A stretch of 64,000 nucleotides of DNA from the human T2T-CHM13v2.0 reference genome, Homo sapiens: the NCBI RefSeq assembly GCF_009914755.1, contig NC_060928.1; one strand, written 5' to 3'. The notes under the pieces are model-generated. The model searched no databases and was not told the origin of the DNA. It saw nothing but the letters and a program-made list of their open reading frames with translations. The translations under genes and the position numbers were made by a program. Shown piece by piece: positions 58,968 through 64,000 of the stretch (the first letter of the stretch is position 1; each line of letters starts with the position of its first letter).

Positions 58968-60004
58968 GGGGGCGGTTCCAAGATGGCCAAATAGGAACAG
59001 CTTCAGTCTACAGCTCCCAGTGTGAGCGATGCAGAAGATGGTTAATTTCTGCATTTCCAACTGAGGTACCGGGTTCATCTCACTGGGGATTGTCAGAGAG
59101 TGGGTGCAGGACAGTGGGTGTAGCGCACCAAGCATGAGCTGAAGCAGGGCGAGGCATCGCCTCACCCAGGAAGCTCAAGGGGTCTGGGAATTCCCTTTCC
59201 TACCCAAGCAAAGGGGTGACAGACGGCACCTGGAAAATCGGGTCACTCCCAACCTAATACTGCGCTTTTCCGATGGTCTTAGCAAACGGCACACCAGGAG
59301 ATTATATTCCACGCCTGGCTCAGAGGGTCCTACACCCATAGAGCCTCGCTCATTGCTAGCACAGCAGTCTGAGATCAAAGTGCAAGGCAGCAGCGAGGCT
59401 GGGGGAGGGGCGCCCGCCATTGCTGAAGCTTGAGTAGGTAAACAAAGCAGCCTGGAAGCTGGAATTGGGTGGAGCCCACCGCAGCTCAAGGAGGCCTGCC
59501 TGCCTCTGTAGACTCCACCTCTGGTGGCAGGGCATAGCCGAACAAAAGGCAGCAGAAACCTCTGCAGACTTAAATGTCCCTGTCTGACAGCTTGGAATAC
59601 AGTAGTGTTTCTTCCAGCACGGAGCTTGAGATCTGAGAACGGACAGACTGCCTCCCCAAGTGGATCCCTGACCTGCGAGTAGCCTAACTGGGAGGCTAAT
59701 TATGTGTCTGCCCAGTAGGGGCAGACTGACACCTCACAAGAACTGGTACCACTCTGAGATGAAACTTTCAGAGGAACGATCAGGCAGCAACATTTGCTGT
59801 TCACCAATATTCGCTATTCTGCAGCCTCCACTGCTGATACCAAGGCAAACAGGGTCTGGAGTGGACCTCCAGCAAACTCAACAGACCTGCAGCTGAGGGT
59901 GCTGACTGTTAGAAGGAAAACTAACAAACAGAAAGGACATCCACACCAAAACCCCATCTATACGTCACCATCATCAAAGACAAAAGGTATATAAAACCAC
60001 AAAG
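58968..60004 (+). promoter_or_regulatory. L1 5'UTR internal sense promoter (YY1 site caagatggcc at 58979-58988) and antisense promoter region
   Basis: Sequence matches L1PA 5'UTR; promoter function is known for the family but not shown for this copy; many CpGs have decayed. Confidence 0.7.
59175..59420 (-). CDS. ORF0: L1 ORF0 homologue, open 81-codon frame
   Basis: MAGAPPPASLLPCTLISDCCASNERGSMGVGPSEPGVEYNLLVCRLLRPSEKRSIRLGVTRFSRC matches primate L1 ORF0; ATG at 59418-59420; expression unknown. Confidence 0.7.
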   Translation of the reverse strand: MAGAPPPASLLPCTLISDCCASNERGSMGVGPSEPGVEYNLLVCRLLRPSEKRSIRLGVTRFSRCRLSPLCLGRKGNSQTP

Positions 60005-61024
60005 ATGGGGAAAAAACAGAGCAGAAAAACTGAAAATTCTAAAAATCAGAGCACTTCTCCTCCTCCAAAGGAGTGCAGCCCCTTGCCAGCAATGGAACAA
60101 AGCTGGACGGAGAACGACATTGACGAGCTGAGAGAAGAAGGCTTCAGAGGATCAAACGTTTCCAAGCTAAAGGAGGAAGTTCGAACCCATGGCAAAGAAG
60201 TTAAAAACCTTGAAAAAAGATTAGACGAATGGCTAACTAGAATAACCAGTGTAGAGAAGTCCTTAAAGGACCTGATGGAGATGAAAACCATGTCACGAGA
60301 ACTACGTGACGAATGCCCAAGCTTCAGTAGCTGATTCGATCAACTGGAAGAAAGGGTATCAGTGATGGAAGATCAAATGAACGAAATGAAGTGAGAAGAG
60401 AAATTTAGAGAAAAAGGAATGAAAAGAAACGAACAAAGCCTCCAAGAAATATGGGACTATGTGAAAAGACCAAATCTGCGTCTGATTGGTGTACCTGAAA
60501 GTGACGGGGAGAATGGAACCAAGTTGGAAAACACTCTGCAGGATATTATCCAGGAGAACTTCCCCAATCTAGCAAGGCAGGCCAACAATCAAATTCAGGA
60601 AACACAGAGAACACCACAAAGATACTCCTCGAGAAGAGCTACTCCAAGACACGTAGTTGTCAGAACCAAAGTTAAAATGAAGGAAAAAATGTTGATGTTA
60701 AGGGCAGCCAGAGAGAAAGGTCAGGTTACCCACAAAGGGAAGCCCATCAGACTAACAGCTGATCTCTCAGCAGACACTCTGCAAGCCAGAAGAGAGAGGG
60801 GGCCAATATTCAACATTCTTAAAGAAAAGAATTTTCAACTCAGAATTTCATATCCAGCCAAAATAAGCTTCATAAGTGGAGGAGAAATAAAATCCTTTAC
60901 AGACAAGCAAATGCTGAGAGATTTTGTCACCACCGGGCCTGCCCTACGAGAGCTCCTGAAAGAAGCACTAAATATGGAAAGGAACAGCCAATACCAGCCA
61001 CTGCAAAAAGATGCCAAAATGTAA
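60005..61024 (+). pseudogene. ORF1: L1 ORF1p, disabled by two in-frame TGA stops
   Basis: MGKKQSRKTENSKNQS...EIWDYVKRPNLRLIGVPESDGENGTKLENTLQDIIQENFPNLARQA; stops at 60332-60334 and 60392-60394. Confidence 0.95.
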
Positions 61025-61087
61025 AGACAATCGAGGCTAGGAAGAAACTGCATCAACTAACAAGAAAAATAACCATCTAACATCATA

Positions 61088-64000
<2,913 letters not shown>

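Overview
AT-rich, CpG-poor primate (most likely human) intronic or intergenic DNA. I found no recognisable host protein-coding gene, tRNA/rRNA gene, CRISPR array or prokaryote-type system. About half of the window is interspersed repeat: long L1 copies of several ages, including a 5'-complete L1PA4/5-like element from 58968 to the window edge with disabled ORF1/ORF2 but an open antisense ORF0; Alus; MaLR/ERVL solo LTRs (MST, THE1A, MLT1, LTR16); MER DNA transposons; MIR/L2 relics; and microsatellites. Most ORFs in the supplied track are chance or repeat-derived. I do not see a previously undescribed biological system. The best leads are small insertion and rearrangement histories: an inverted self-copy inside an old L1 that was later split by THE1A, a 222-nt pure-purine tract grown from a tiny L1 tail, a possible micro 3' transduction and local duplications. 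There are also a few speculative enhancer or exon candidates. Repeat subfamily names come from recalled consensus sequences and need RepeatMasker/Dfam confirmation.
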